From assembly GCA_964016885.1 (NCBI GenBank), contig OZ024742.1, forward strand, positions 51,770,001-51,834,000: DNA of 64,000 nt, written 5' to 3'. A model generated the notes under the pieces. That model did no database searches and was not told the DNA's origin. It worked only from the letters and a program-made list of their open reading frames with translations. Position numbers and translations under genes: made by a program. The stretch's first letter is position 1, and every line of letters begins with the position of its first letter. Positions 1 through 11,926 of this stretch are shown one piece after another. This DNA comes from Eledone cirrhosa (lineage: Eukaryota).

Positions 1-475
1 GGTCTTTAACTACGTTTTAAATTTGATATGTATGTATATATATATATGTATACATACACACACACACACAAAACCACCCTCACCCACACACAGACACACA
101 TATACACATATACATATATCACTGTGTCTTCTTGACTGTCTGACTAATATCTATCAATCTGTCTATCATCTATCTTGCTCTCTGTTGTGTCTCTAATTTT
201 CTATCTCGATATCTATTCAAAGGTCAAAATCAAAATATCAGGCAAATAATTGAAATAACACTCTAATAAGTTAGTTTTAATCAATGTAGTTTAAGCAAGA
301 GAAATTAATCGAATTAAAATCATTGATAATGAAAATCATTAAGAAAATGTTGCCAAAAGTATATAACATTATACCATCTGGTGACACCTAAATTAGCCAC
401 GTTATTTTCAATCAAGGATACACAAATTTCGTATACAATATGGTGCATGGCTTCTAAATACACTACTATGGATCA

Positions 476-481
<6 letters not shown>

Positions 482-567
<86 letters not shown>

Positions 568-602
568 ACACCCACACACAAACACACACACATATGTATA
601 TA

Positions 603-683
<81 letters not shown>
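482..683. repeat. (CA)n followed by (TA)n microsatellite
   Basis: Directly visible. Explains the HTHT/IYIY ORFs. Confidence 0.98.
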
Positions 684-687
<4 letters not shown>

Positions 688-1687
688 GTAAGTATGCATG
701 TATGTATACGTACATACATATATGTATACAGACGTACAGTAGTGTGTATATATATGCATCCATGCACACATATATATATGCACGTATCGGTTTACCGAAC
801 ATTTATTATAATGCTCGGTTTCATTCTATTCCATATATATATATACATAAAGAATTTTTCGCTCTACATGGCTAAATACAATAAATGTAATCTGAGTTTT
901 ACGAATATTAATAATAATATTCGATTCGTTTGCAATTATGCAAACAAGCCTTATTTTTAAAGCCATGTCAGTAGAATGAGCCCCCATTCTTGCTCTTATG
1001 TTGGCATGTAAGCAGAACTGCAGTGCAAGCTCCTGTGCTTTGCGAATAAGAAATTCAGCCCTTAATATTCGTCTCAGTTGTAAATACAATATCTTTGTTA
1101 ATGCTTGAAATATTTGACGCACTTTCATTAGGTCGCCACGTTTAGCTCAATAAAGTTTGCGATTTGTAGGTCAATGTTTGAGATATTCTGAGGAACTATG
1201 TGTAAAGCAGTCATCACATTGGTGGTTTATAAATCTAGCAAGTTTATTTATATGCTTCAAAATGAGACAGCATCTGGAATACGAATAATGATGCCGAGCT
1301 GAGACATCTGGAATGGACATATACCTTAGTTTCGATAGGATGTTTATTTGAGATTTCATACGTGTATGTGTAAATAGGTGCATATATGTGTTTATATTTT
1401 ACTTTGGGAAGAGAATATATTTGTCGTTTCTGCACTTTGCTTACATATACACTCTTATTTACTTTCATATATCAATTGTGATCCATTTATGATTTAATGT
1501 TATTTATGATACCCTGCACCAACTTTGAATGTTTGTGGTTGCCTAAGATCTTGCATGATTAGATAGATGTTAACGATAGATATATATTGATATATCAATA
1601 TATCAGAAAACCGAACTATGGTAATTCTAAGCTTTTCTTCTCTTCAACCCACTTTCTCACTCTCTCACTCCTTTGCTTTTATTCCCC

Positions 1688-1849
<162 letters not shown>

Positions 1850-1894
1850 GTATGTACACACACACACATATATATACGTATATATATTTATATA

Positions 1895-2970
1895 AATAAA
1901 TTAATAAAAACAATGAATAAAAACAAAGAACAAGTTCCTTATATTAAAAAATTCATCATTTTACGATCGTTTCTAGGATATATATGTGTGTTGGTATGTA
2001 TATCATATAGATCTATGTAAAAATATTACAAACTATCAGAGGAAATACATACATTCACATATATATACTGTCTTCAGAAATGATGAGATTTGTTTATTGA
2101 AAAAAACCAACAAAGATTTAATATAATAGGTCTGTTTGGGAACAGGTTTTGAATTGACCAATAAAAAAGTAGTAAGAGGTCAAGTTGATAGAATAGTAGT
2201 AGTACGAATTTAATTTAGGGGTAGAGGAATGCAGACTTATGTTTTGAATGGAAAGAATACTTTGAATGAAAAGAATACATTGGAGATGAAAAGAGGTCAA
2301 GCCGGTGAAGGGTTACGAAAATTTGATGCTTTTAAAGAATAATGTTAAAAACGAAGGAGAGTAAAATGTTAGGGTATTAGTGAGACATACCAACCTTATT
2401 TAAACCACAAGGAATTTAGATCTATAACAAGAAATTAAATTAATTGATAGGTATACTTATAGGGATAAATGTATATTAATTCATATGGATGTGATAAATA
2501 AGAATTAGATGTTATTAAAGAATGTTGTTAAAAACGAAGGAAAATAACATTTTGAGATAAGGGTAGTAGTGAGAAATACCAATCTTATATAAACTACAAG
2601 GAATCTAGATTCATAACTAGAATTTAAATTAATTTATATGTATACTTTTAGGTATTAATTTTAGGAAAAGAGAGCTGTAAGAGGGAAATAAAATTATGAA
2701 GTTCTCTGTAGTAAAGTACTAATTATAGGTTAACTAAATTTAAAAAAACTAATTATAATAATATGTAAAATATAAGTGTAAGGAGTATATTAATTAAGTT
2801 TATAATATTTGAAGGTTCTTCTAATTCTATGATTGCAAGATATAATTAATTCAATTTATCTTGACTCTGTTTTCCTATGATTTTCATCGAAAAGGCTTTG
2901 AATGCATCTTCTCTTTTCATGATATTTGGATTACATTGAGTTCTTCATACGGATTGGACACTACCGTATA
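1895..2970 (-). mobile_element. 5'-truncated Naiad-type PLE remnant: ORF C-terminus, 3'UTR/pLTR and an inverted 5'UTR piece
   Basis: 2790-2852 (-) encodes ELIISCNHRIRRTFKYYKLN, versus ELIISCNHKLRKTFKYYKPK at the end of ORF 38482-40917. 1895-2165 is homologous to the pLTR at 35455/41210. 2855-2970 is an inverted copy of 41087-41213. Confidence 0.8.
1953..2086 (-). ncRNA. Type I hammerhead ribozyme with long stem II (family C)
   Basis: TCATCATTT-CTGAAGA-(97 nt hairpin)-GAAAC-GATC-GTA-AAATGATGA: 9-bp stem I, intact core, GUA site. Confidence 0.8.
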
Positions 2971-3268
2971 TTTTGGTAGATTTATCTACACACATATATA
3001 TATATATATATATAGATATATGTCAGTCAAGAAATTTTAATTATGAGATACTTATCAATATATATTAATATCATAATCACAAACCATTGAATTCAATAAT
3101 AATATTTGACCAGAAAAAGCTTTCAAATTAATTGCAAATTAACAGTGAGTGATAACATAAGGTGACACCTAAAACATTCTACTCTTTAGTAAGTTGCACA
3201 CATTTCCGATATGGTACGATGTATATCTGAAAAATGATATGATGATTGGTCATATGATATACACACAC

Positions 3269-3353
<85 letters not shown>

Positions 3354-4156
3354 CTAGCAGTAGTACCCAGCGTTGCATGCATGGGTAGGTAAAATAATAT
3401 CTGCTTTGATGAAAACTTGTTGATCTTAGCGACTGCTTCTCGATGACTCATCTATGGTCACACACAGGCCATGTGGGGGAGGGTGGTGATGACCTATATT
3501 ACCGAGAAACGCGGGTGACTGACGAAGGGGCATGCTGGGGGGGGGGGGGGTAATGTTCTCTAACACTAAGCCAAATTTACTCACGCTACTTGATTGGTAA
3601 CCGATAAATTCTCAAATACACAACTAAAAGCTCAGATGACGTCAGTGGCCATCATTTTGCCTTTGACCATCTATAAGATGTGCAATGATAGGTTCTATCT
3701 TTGTATAAAACTTGAACCAATTAAATTGATTTATGTGTGAGGTGGAGCCGAAGTTTATATCCGAAAAGTGGAAATTTGAGTCTAAAAGTGGTATTTTTGA
3801 ATATTTAAGCGGTTGCCACGCAATACCTAAACAACAAATGCAAAATATAAAGGCATTACAGGATGTGTAATGATATATTATATTTGGCTTTAAAATTTGA
3901 ACGAAACCGGTTGCAAAATGTGGGAATTAGAGCCAAGAATCTTATTTTTCGATACCTATAAAAAGGTTACCCCCCTATCGATTTTTATCTGCAGAATGAC
4001 CCCGGAATAAAAGAAATGATACGCTGATATATAGAAAACACTCCCCGATGACTAATCTATGAGCCTGTAAAAGTTCATGAAAATCGGTCATAAGATGTAG
4101 ACCCCTACAGGTAATACACAGACACACACACATACTTAATTTTATATATATACAGA
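3354..4156 (-). mobile_element. Non-autonomous Helitron-like element
   Basis: Minus strand begins TCTGTATATATATAAAA and ends with a CCCA...TGGG hairpin followed by CTAG. It is inserted between A and T. Confidence 0.65.
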
Positions 4157-4236
4157 TATATTATATATATATATATATAATTGGTTTTGGGATTTGCTTT
4201 GCAATATTTCTCCTCTGAAAAGGTGTGTTGAAACAG

Positions 4237-4668
4237 ATATTGTTATACTTTGGGATGGTCATGTTGCCAATAAAAACACACGCACCTAAGATTTTCACTT
4301 CAATTTATTATAATTTTCTGGTTGGCTGGCTGGTTGATTGGTTCGATAACCGAAAGGTTACTTTATATATTGTCAAAGCTCTTTCGTCACACAGTGACTA
4401 GGTTTTCATTTTGTGTGTATCTCCTTTATTCTGCCCTACACCACCAAGAACTGTGTAGAACGAACAGAACATAGGAAAGACACACAAAATAAAAACCTAG
4501 TTGCTGAGGAGGTCACAGAATGTGTGACTAAAAAGCTCTGACAATATATAATCAACCGTCCGGTTATCGAACCAACCAGCCAACCGGAAATTTATAATAA
4601 ATTGAAGTGAAAATCAACAGTTACGTGTGTTTTTATTGGCAACATGACCTCCCAAAGTATAACAATAT
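4237..4668. repeat. Fold-back inverted repeat of a PLE pLTR (arms ~4237-4430 / ~4470-4668)
   Basis: ATATTGTTATACTTTGGGA... and ...TCCCAAAGTATAACAATAT are reverse complements. Same family as 5745-6030. Confidence 0.9.
4500..4542 (+). ncRNA. Degenerate hammerhead (family D)
   Basis: CTGAGGA-G-GTCAC agaatgt GTGAC-TAAA(A)AGCTC-TGAC. GAAA is mutated to TAAA. Confidence 0.55.
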
Positions 4669-4853
<185 letters not shown>

Positions 4854-5947
4854 CATGTGTTTGTGTTTGTGTGAGGGTGGGTGAATGTGTGTACATAAAA
4901 ATGAAATCATTTCAATATTTTAAATAACAAATCTCTACATGGAGCGTCCGTAATGCGATCGAATGTGTATATGCAACGGTATCGTTCTACCGTATACTCG
5001 TATATATGTATATCTGTTGGAATGTTGAAAATTCTCAAGTCTAAAATATCTTATCAACAACATATTCATTATTTTTCCTTAAGACATCAGATAAAATGCT
5101 ATTTTTTCCAGTTTTATACACGCTGCGTTTAAATCTCGCCTATGACAACGTAGCAACTTTATACTTTTAAGCCAATAAAATTTATCAGAGCACAGCTCGT
5201 GTTGATTCTTACTCTTTATCTGTTTTATGACCCTCTATGACTCGCTTTCCTCCTCTGGAAGCAATAGCTTTCAGAGTTGAAGAGGATATGGTCTCCGCCA
5301 GAGTTAAGTTACTCGAAAAACTGTATGTCACTACGTACGTGTTACACATATCAACATTCATTAATCCTCGTTCAGCTCCACTCTACCATAACATTTATGT
5401 TTCTATTCTATATATATTTTTTTTAATATTACGAATATTGTTTGATTTAAATTATTCAATAGTCTGACTAATATATTAATATATTAATAAAATAAAATAT
5501 ATTGTATCATGATTCTAATCTTTCAAATTCTCTGCTCTGTTTAAATATTTTTATCTTTCACACGTTTTCCTCCCCTCTTCAAGCACGAAAGCAAATTTCC
5601 AATCAAGAAGTCTCAATTACATTTTAATCAGAACATTTTAATCAAGATATTTTAATGAAGATATTTTAATCATATCTTAATATGGCTTGATATAAGTCAT
5701 AAAAAGAATATGGAGAAAACATCTAATTAATTTCGTTTCTGAATTTGTTTAACAAGATTCTTTATCTGAAAACTTCTGTTGAAACTGATAGTGTTACACT
5801 TTGGGAGGGTCATGTTGCCAATAAGAAACACACGCACCAGTTGCTTTCACTTCAATTTATGATAAATTTTATAAATTTTATAAATATAAATTTTATAAAT
5901 TTCCGGTTGGTTGCTTGGTTCCACAACCGGATGGTTGTTCACATATT

Positions 5948-5990
5948 ATCAAAGCTCTTTCGTCACACATTCTGTGACCTCTTCAGTGAC
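5948..5990 (-). ncRNA. Minimal type I hammerhead (family D)
   Basis: GTCA-CTGAAGA-G-GTCAC agaatgt GTGAC-GAAA-GAG-CTT-TGAT, with a palindromic AGCT stem III. Confidence 0.7.
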
Positions 5991-6171
5991 TGGGGATTCT
6001 TTTTTTTTCTTTGTTTTGTGCCTCTCCTTTGTTTTTGTGTGTGTTGTGTGCTTAGTTTGCGCATGTGTTACATCCGGGTGTCTGTGTGTGTTTTTATTTG
6101 CTTAATTATTTGTTTATTTATATGTTACTAGTTAGTTGTTTGTTCTATGTGTGTGTGTCTTCATTTTGTCC

Positions 6172-6843
6172 TTAAATATAAGTTGTGATGTTGCTATTCC
6201 ATTCATGTTTTCTATTTAATTTTGGTTGGAGTTTATTGATGTTTATTGCCTCTGTGATTTGTCTAAGTATTGCGTCTTTTCTGTGTGTAGATTCTATTGT
6301 TATCTCTATGTTCTCTAATTTTCCCTTACGTTCTATTTTAGCATGTTGGTGGAGTATTGATGAGTCTTTTCTATCTTGGAATTCTCGCCAGAGTTTATTT
6401 AATCGTTCTCCTATGCTACGATCTGTCTCACCTATGTACATTATATTCTTATTTTTACATTGTCCTTCAGTACATCTTATGCTATATACTATGTTTCTGG
6501 TTTTACAGTTAATACGGGGGCTGAGCTTACAGATTATGCATTTCCTATCTATACAGGGAGGTTTTTGAAAAGGGTATATATTACTAATTAGTGTTTTTAT
6601 GGAGGTAGCTGGTCTTTCCACTATCCTAATATTTAGTTTAAGTTTATCTAGGGCCCTATTAAATGTGTAAGCTAGTTCACCTCTAGGGGTTGTATTGATG
6701 AACATTACACTCTGGTAATTATTGCTATCATACCATGAGTTTATTTTATTAATCTTATTCCTAGTTCTTTCTATTCTATTCCAAAATTTGCTCCTGTACA
6801 AGGGGCAGGTCCCATTTGTATCATTAGTTACATTTTTTCCCAT
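6172..6843 (-). pseudogene. PLE GIY-YIG endonuclease fragment
   Basis: VY...YIGET.R motif preceded by a Cys-rich linker. Confidence 0.85.
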
Positions 6844-7423
6844 TTGGTTCTGGCTCCTCTATGTACTCTGATTTTATCTTTCTGATTGTAGCCAGAGAAC
6901 TGCATACGGTGTATGAAGTATTGTATGTGTCTCTCTAGTTATTTGGGGTTGCACATGCGGTACACGTTCCTCCTCACCCTTACTAAATCCGCAATCAGTA
7001 TGTTGATTTTGGTGTGATCCGAAACAGCTGAGTTTCGGTGGATCAGGTATTTGGAAGACATGAGTTTGGCATATTGCAACATTAAAATCACTGCTAATAT
7101 GAAGTGACACCTAAAACATTAACATTGTTTTCAAATTTACAGATTGCTTATATGATATGATATAAGGCTTCAAAAATATACGAAGTTAGATCGTATTATG
7201 CCTGAATATAATATGATCTTAATCGATTCAGTTTAAAAAGACCAATATTCATAAACTACGCAATAGATGTTTAAATGTAATCTATGTATATTTTCAAGTG
7301 TACGGAGTGTAATCATTGTATTATAATAAATTCTATAGACACATGCAAATATCTAAATAGGTAGAAAATTGCGTAGATAGATAGATGGACAAATAGACGG
7401 ACTGATACCTGAATAGATAGATA

Positions 7424-8270
7424 TGTTTCTTTTATTTGCCACCAGGGCATCAAAAGTGGGACAAGTACAATGGGGGGAGTTTACAAAACAAGGCGTCCTC
7501 AATAAGGAGGAGGCAATAACAAAATATAAAATTAAAATAAAATATAACAGAATACAATATAGAGGAGGCGCCTTGGGGGGGGGGGGGTCACACACACCCC
7601 CGAAAAAAGTGTGCAACCCTTTTCCTCAGGAGCACAGAGAAGGGCTGCTCCCTTGGTCTTTCATCTTCCTCACCTATAGTCTGATGTAGAGTGAAGGCCC
7701 ATTCACACGGGCCATTCTCGCCACTTTCACCCATCTTTCATAAAAACGGCTGGGGTGCAGCACCTCTCTCTCCATACGGATCCTTCTTCCGAAATGATAT
7801 CGGAAGAAACGGACCAGTTGTTGACCAGAGAGAAAGGTGTCTGACCTCAGTCCTTTCAGACGCGTCCACCATACAACCTCTTTCGCCATGGCTATTACGC
7901 ACAGAAACTCCGCCTCTCCTTCGTTTTTGAAGAGGGGAGGCGGCTAGATCGTTACAATAGACTCGGTGGTCAACCGGATCGGTCCCACCCTTGACAGCAG
8001 TTGTTCGACATAGCCCCACAGATCAGCAATGCCCGAGCAGTGTACCAATGCGTGTGCAACGGTTTCCTCGTCGCACACGCATCTGGGACAGATCTTTTTC
8101 GAGGGGTCCTTACCCGGGCGCCCGTGTCTGTAGAGCCTTTCTCGAACGGGCAGAGCCCTTCTGTAGCACTGCCAGGCCAGGGACCTCTGGAAGTTATCCA
8201 TGGGTCCCGGGCTGAATGTCCTACCGAACAGGTTGACCAGTTCGTCTTCCTCCATGCCTAGGGCTTCTCC
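7424..8270 (-). mobile_element. Tx1/L1-clade LINE copy 1, 5'-truncated, with 20-bp TSD
   Basis: Encodes the ORF2 C-terminus (CPRC...HALVHC). GATACCTGAATAGATAGATA occurs at 7404-7423 and 8271-8290. Confidence 0.92.
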
Positions 8271-8279
8271 GATACCTGA

Positions 8280-8280
<1 letters not shown>

Positions 8281-8332
<52 letters not shown>
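8281..8332. repeat. (GATA)n tract
   Basis: Directly visible. Confidence 0.97.
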
Positions 8333-8333
<1 letters not shown>

Positions 8334-8569
8334 TTCTTTATTAGCCACAGGGGCACAAAAGAAGGGGACAAATACAAAGGGGGAAGTTTACATACAATAA
8401 AAACGTGTAAAATGTTATCACAGATGGAATTTAAAAGTTAGTCGATTTTCCCCAATAGAGGGAGACAGTTTATATGGGTAACACATACCCCCGAAAAAAA
8501 TGTGCAACCCTCATCTCCAGGAGTACGAAGAGCTTGTACTCCTTTCCTCTCCTCCTCCTTTTCCTCAAC

Positions 8570-11500
8570 CTACAGGCTGATATAGAGAGAAGGCCCATTC
8601 ACTCGGGCCATTCTCGCCACTTTCACCCACCTTTCATAAAACTTGCTGGGGTACAGCACCTCTCTCTCCATCCTGATTCTTCTTCCAAAGTGGTATTTGA
8701 AAAAAAGAATCAGTTGTTGGCCGGAGAGAAAGGTGTCTGACCTCAGCCCTTTCAACCTTGTCCACCATACAACCTCTTTCGCCATAGCTATCACACAAAG
8801 GAAAACCGCCTCTCCTTCGTTTTTGAAGGAGGGTGGCGGTTTGATCATGACAATGGACTCGGTGGTCAACTGGATTGGTCCCACCCGCGACAATAGTCGT
8901 TCTACATAGCCCCACAGGTCAGTGACGCCCGGGCAGTGTATGAATGCGTGCGCGACGGTTTCTTCGTCTCGCACGCACCTCGGACAGATCTTTTTTGCAG
9001 GGTCCCTGCCCGGGCGCCCATGTCTGTAGAGCTTGTCTCGAACTGGTAGAGCTCCTCGGTAGCACTGCCAGGCCAGGGACTTTTGGAAGTTGTCCATCGG
9101 TCCCGGGCGGATGGTCCTACCGAACAGACTGGCCAGTTCATCTTCCTCCACGCCTAGAGTTTCACCGAGCGCGTCGTCGCACTTGCTGCGGACCAACCCT
9201 CTATAGAATGACGAAGTGGAGTCTCCACTGATCGCTGGGTCCGCCTGCCAGAGGGCTGTGAGCGCCTGAGCACATTCGATGTGCCAGTCGCCCATTTTCC
9301 TCGGTCTCTGCTTGACCCAGGACTGCAGCTCGGTCAGCGAGACGAGTCGTGGGAAGGCTCGCCTCACGAACGGGGCCCACACCGGTTGTCCGGTGAGGAA
9401 TACGTAGAGATGCCGCAGCCTGAGCGCGTGTTTGCGCATCGTCAACCACGGCATCCCCAGCCCTCCGTTAGAAGGGTGTTGGCAGCAGATGGATCTTCTT
9501 ACCAAAGGAGCCCGCCTCTTCCAAAGGAATCGGAAGAGGGCGCGCTCCATTTTGGCGAGCGTTTTGGCTGGACAAGGCACGACGGTCAAGCGGTAGTAGA
9601 TGGCGGACGCTATAAAAGTGTTCGCCACCTCCGCTCGACCTTTCAAGGATAGTTTGCACTCGGCGCACTTCTGGGTGAGTGCAAACACCTTGGCCGTCAC
9701 TTCGTTCCAGTTCTTCTCCACCTGGAGGTCCGGACCAAACCAGACCCCGAGCAGCTTTACCGGTCCTTCCGTCCAGCGTCCGACGACGCCATCGGAAGGC
9801 ATCGGTCTGCCTCTCCACGATCCGAGTTGCAAACCGATGGACTTGTCCCGGTTCAGCTTCGCTCCTGTGAGACTTTCGTATTCCTTTAGTAAGGTGCCGA
9901 CTTCCTCGATTTGCGAGGCGCTCGACACCATTACTGTCACGTCGTCGGCGTAGGCCGACGCTGCTTTCCGCAGTCCCGGTTCCAGAGGGATGCCCTGCAA
10001 TAGCTCCAGCTTCCGCAGTAGTGGCTCGAGAGTCAGTACGTACAGAAGGGAGGAGAGAGGGCATCCCTGTCGAATGGATCGCGTAATATGGAACGGCTCC
10101 GAGAGGTAACCGTTCACCTTGACCCTTGAGCAGATGTTGCTGTTGTGCATTGCAGCAATCCAGCCCCTGAACACGGGTCCGAAGCCTGCCGCCTCGAGCA
10201 CCGCATCCAGGTAACGATGGTCAACCCTATCGAAAGCCTTAGACTGATCCAAGTTGATCAGGGCCCCACCGAAGCCGGGTTTACACCCTACCCTCTCTAT
10301 GATGTATCGCATGAGGTGGAGGTTGTCGTGTATGGACCTGGTCGGGATCGCGCATGTCTGCGCTTCTCCCACCAGGTTCTCGACGACAAGCGCCAGCCTC
10401 TTTGCCAACACCTTGGCCAAAATCTGTAACTCTGTGTTTAGCAGAGTTATGGGCCGGAAGTTGCCTATGTCATCCCCCTTATTCTCGTCCTTCCTGATTA
10501 GTGTGACCACGCCCCCGGTTACAGAACTGGGAATTCTCCTGTTCTGTTGCCAGTTGCAGTAGACCGCTTCCAGGAGACCGGAGAATAAGTCCGGCATTGC
10601 TACGTAAAATTCGTAGGGTAGACCGTCGAGGTATGGACCGAAATCCATAGCCTCTCCCGGCGCGCCGCTCCCCCCGAACAGCCGATCAAAGTGCCGCTGA
10701 AAAGCCGCACACATCTGCTTCGGCTCACGTATCACGCGTCCGTTTTGGTCCTTCAAAGACCGAATCGTGGACTTGTTGCCACTTTTTGCCTCCGTCACTC
10801 GGGCCCAGCTAACAGCTTTGGCTCCCTCGTTTCCCAGAGCACGTATTTTGCTTCTGACAACGCAGCCCTCGTGCTTTGCGTCGAAGAACTGGTCCAAGGC
10901 CGTTCTCGTTGCTAGCACGCTGGCTACGTTGCCACTTCTAATTGCCTCTTCTACTTTATCTACCAGTTCCTTCTCGGTTCTATTTCTAGCTAACGCTAAT
11001 TCTTTACTAAAAACTATCGAGTCTAATCTAACTGCCCTCTTGAGAGAGTACCACCATCTGTTGTTGACAATGGCCCCTGTCAAGTGCTGTTTAACTAAAG
11101 TGCTAATCCGTCTACTGTAGGCTCTGCTTGTCGGTAACGACAAGTTCAGCTTCCAGTAGCCGGGTCCTTGTCTATGGGTTCTATCAAGGTTGGCCATGCA
11201 GGTCACTAGTTTGTGATCTGAATAGGCAACCATGAACATTTGTGGACAGCTTAACATGTCCCTATCCTTATTTCTAACTAGAACCCTATCTAGGTACGAT
11301 CTAGATGTTCCGCTACGATTACTCCACGTCCACATTGGCGCAGTCGGAAAATCTAGTCGATATCTATCGGCCAGGTCAAATCGGTCGATTAACTGTTTGA
11401 GGCTGTTACACCCCCCTTTGTCGGGACATGCTCCCACATAGTCCCAACGTGCATCTAGGATTCCATTCCAGTCCCCCACTAAAAGCAAGGAGCGGGACGT

Positions 11501-11893
11501 TCCCAGAAAAGTCTCTAGACGTTTGAAGAAGTCTGGCCGCGGTGTCCCGGATGGGGCATATGCGGCCACCAGCCTGAAGGCTCCACCTTCACTACCGTCA
11601 ACGTCTAGGACCACCAGTCGACCCTCCGGGTCCAGATGTACCGTCTGTGTTACGAGGCCCAGGTGTTTCCGCAGCAAAACGGCAACTCCGCCCCCACCCC
11701 CCGGTTGACAGAGAGATGCGTAGATCTCAAAGTCATCGAAGATGGGGGCCAGCTGTCGCTCGCCGTGGATCCTGGACTCGCAAATGGCTACCACATCCAA
11801 ACTGTGTGACCTGAGGTCGTTTAAGAGTTTGCCCTGTTTCCAGGGCATCCCCAGGCCGCGTACGTTCACACATCCAACTCTTATATTGGCCAT
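8570..11893 (-). CDS. Tx1-type ORF2: APE endonuclease + reverse transcriptase + C-terminal CCHC (carries a 38-aa internal deletion)
   Basis: Motifs NVRGL, GDWN, SYLDR, SDH, FRPITLLN, DQSKAFD, IRQGCPLS, YADD, CPRC..ETVAHAFIHC. Confidence 0.95.
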   Translation of the reverse strand: MANIRVGCVNVRGLGMPWKQGKLLNDLRSHSLDVVAICESRIHGERQLAPIFDDFEIYASLCQPGGGGGVAVLLRKHLGLVTQTVHLDPEGRLVVLDVDGSEGGAFRLVAAYAPSGTPRPDFFKRLETFLGTSRSLLLVGDWNGILDARWDYVGACPDKGGCNSLKQLIDRFDLADRYRLDFPTAPMWTWSNRSGTSRSYLDRVLVRNKDRDMLSCPQMFMVAYSDHKLVTCMANLDRTHRQGPGYWKLNLSLPTSRAYSRRISTLVKQHLTGAIVNNRWWYSLKRAVRLDSIVFSKELALARNRTEKELVDKVEEAIRSGNVASVLATRTALDQFFDAKHEGCVVRSKIRALGNEGAKAVSWARVTEAKSGNKSTIRSLKDQNGRVIREPKQMCAAFQRHFDRLFGGSGAPGEAMDFGPYLDGLPYEFYVAMPDLFSGLLEAVYCNWQQNRRIPSSVTGGVVTLIRKDENKGDDIGNFRPITLLNTELQILAKVLAKRLALVVENLVGEAQTCAIPTRSIHDNLHLMRYIIERVGCKPGFGGALINLDQSKAFDRVDHRYLDAVLEAAGFGPVFRGWIAAMHNSNICSRVKVNGYLSEPFHITRSIRQGCPLSSLLYVLTLEPLLRKLELLQGIPLEPGLRKAASAYADDVTVMVSSASQIEEVGTLLKEYESLTGAKLNRDKSIGLQLGSWRGRPMPSDGVVGRWTEGPVKLLGVWFGPDLQVEKNWNEVTAKVFALTQKCAECKLSLKGRAEVANTFIASAIYYRLTVVPCPAKTLAKMERALFRFLWKRRAPLVRRSICCQHPSNGGLGMPWLTMRKHALRLRHLYVFLTGQPVWAPFVRRAFPRLVSLTELQSWVKQRPRKMGDWHIECAQALTALWQADPAISGDSTSSFYRGLVRSKCDDALGETLGVEEDELASLFGRTIRPGPMDNFQKSLAWQCYRGALPVRDKLYRHGRPGRDPAKKICPRCVRDEETVAHAFIHCPGVTDLWGYVERLLSRVGPIQLTTESIVMIKPPPSFKNEGEAVFLCVIAMAKEVVWWTRLKGLRSDTFLSGQQLILFFKYHFGRRIRMEREVLYPSKFYERWVKVARMARVNGPSLYISL

Positions 11894-11926
11894 GTTGGTG
11901 CTGAAAAGTTAAAAGAGGAAAAGAGA

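Larger units (their letters stand above)
5745..7078 (-). mobile_element. 5'-truncated Penelope-like element: thumb region, GIY-YIG, 3'UTR and pLTR with HHR
   Basis: ORF 6172-6843 carries CxxxxCxxC...NIVYSIRC...YIGETDRSIGER...LN. The upstream frame reads LIHRNSAVSDHTKINILIADLVR...RMQFSGY. Confidence 0.85.
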
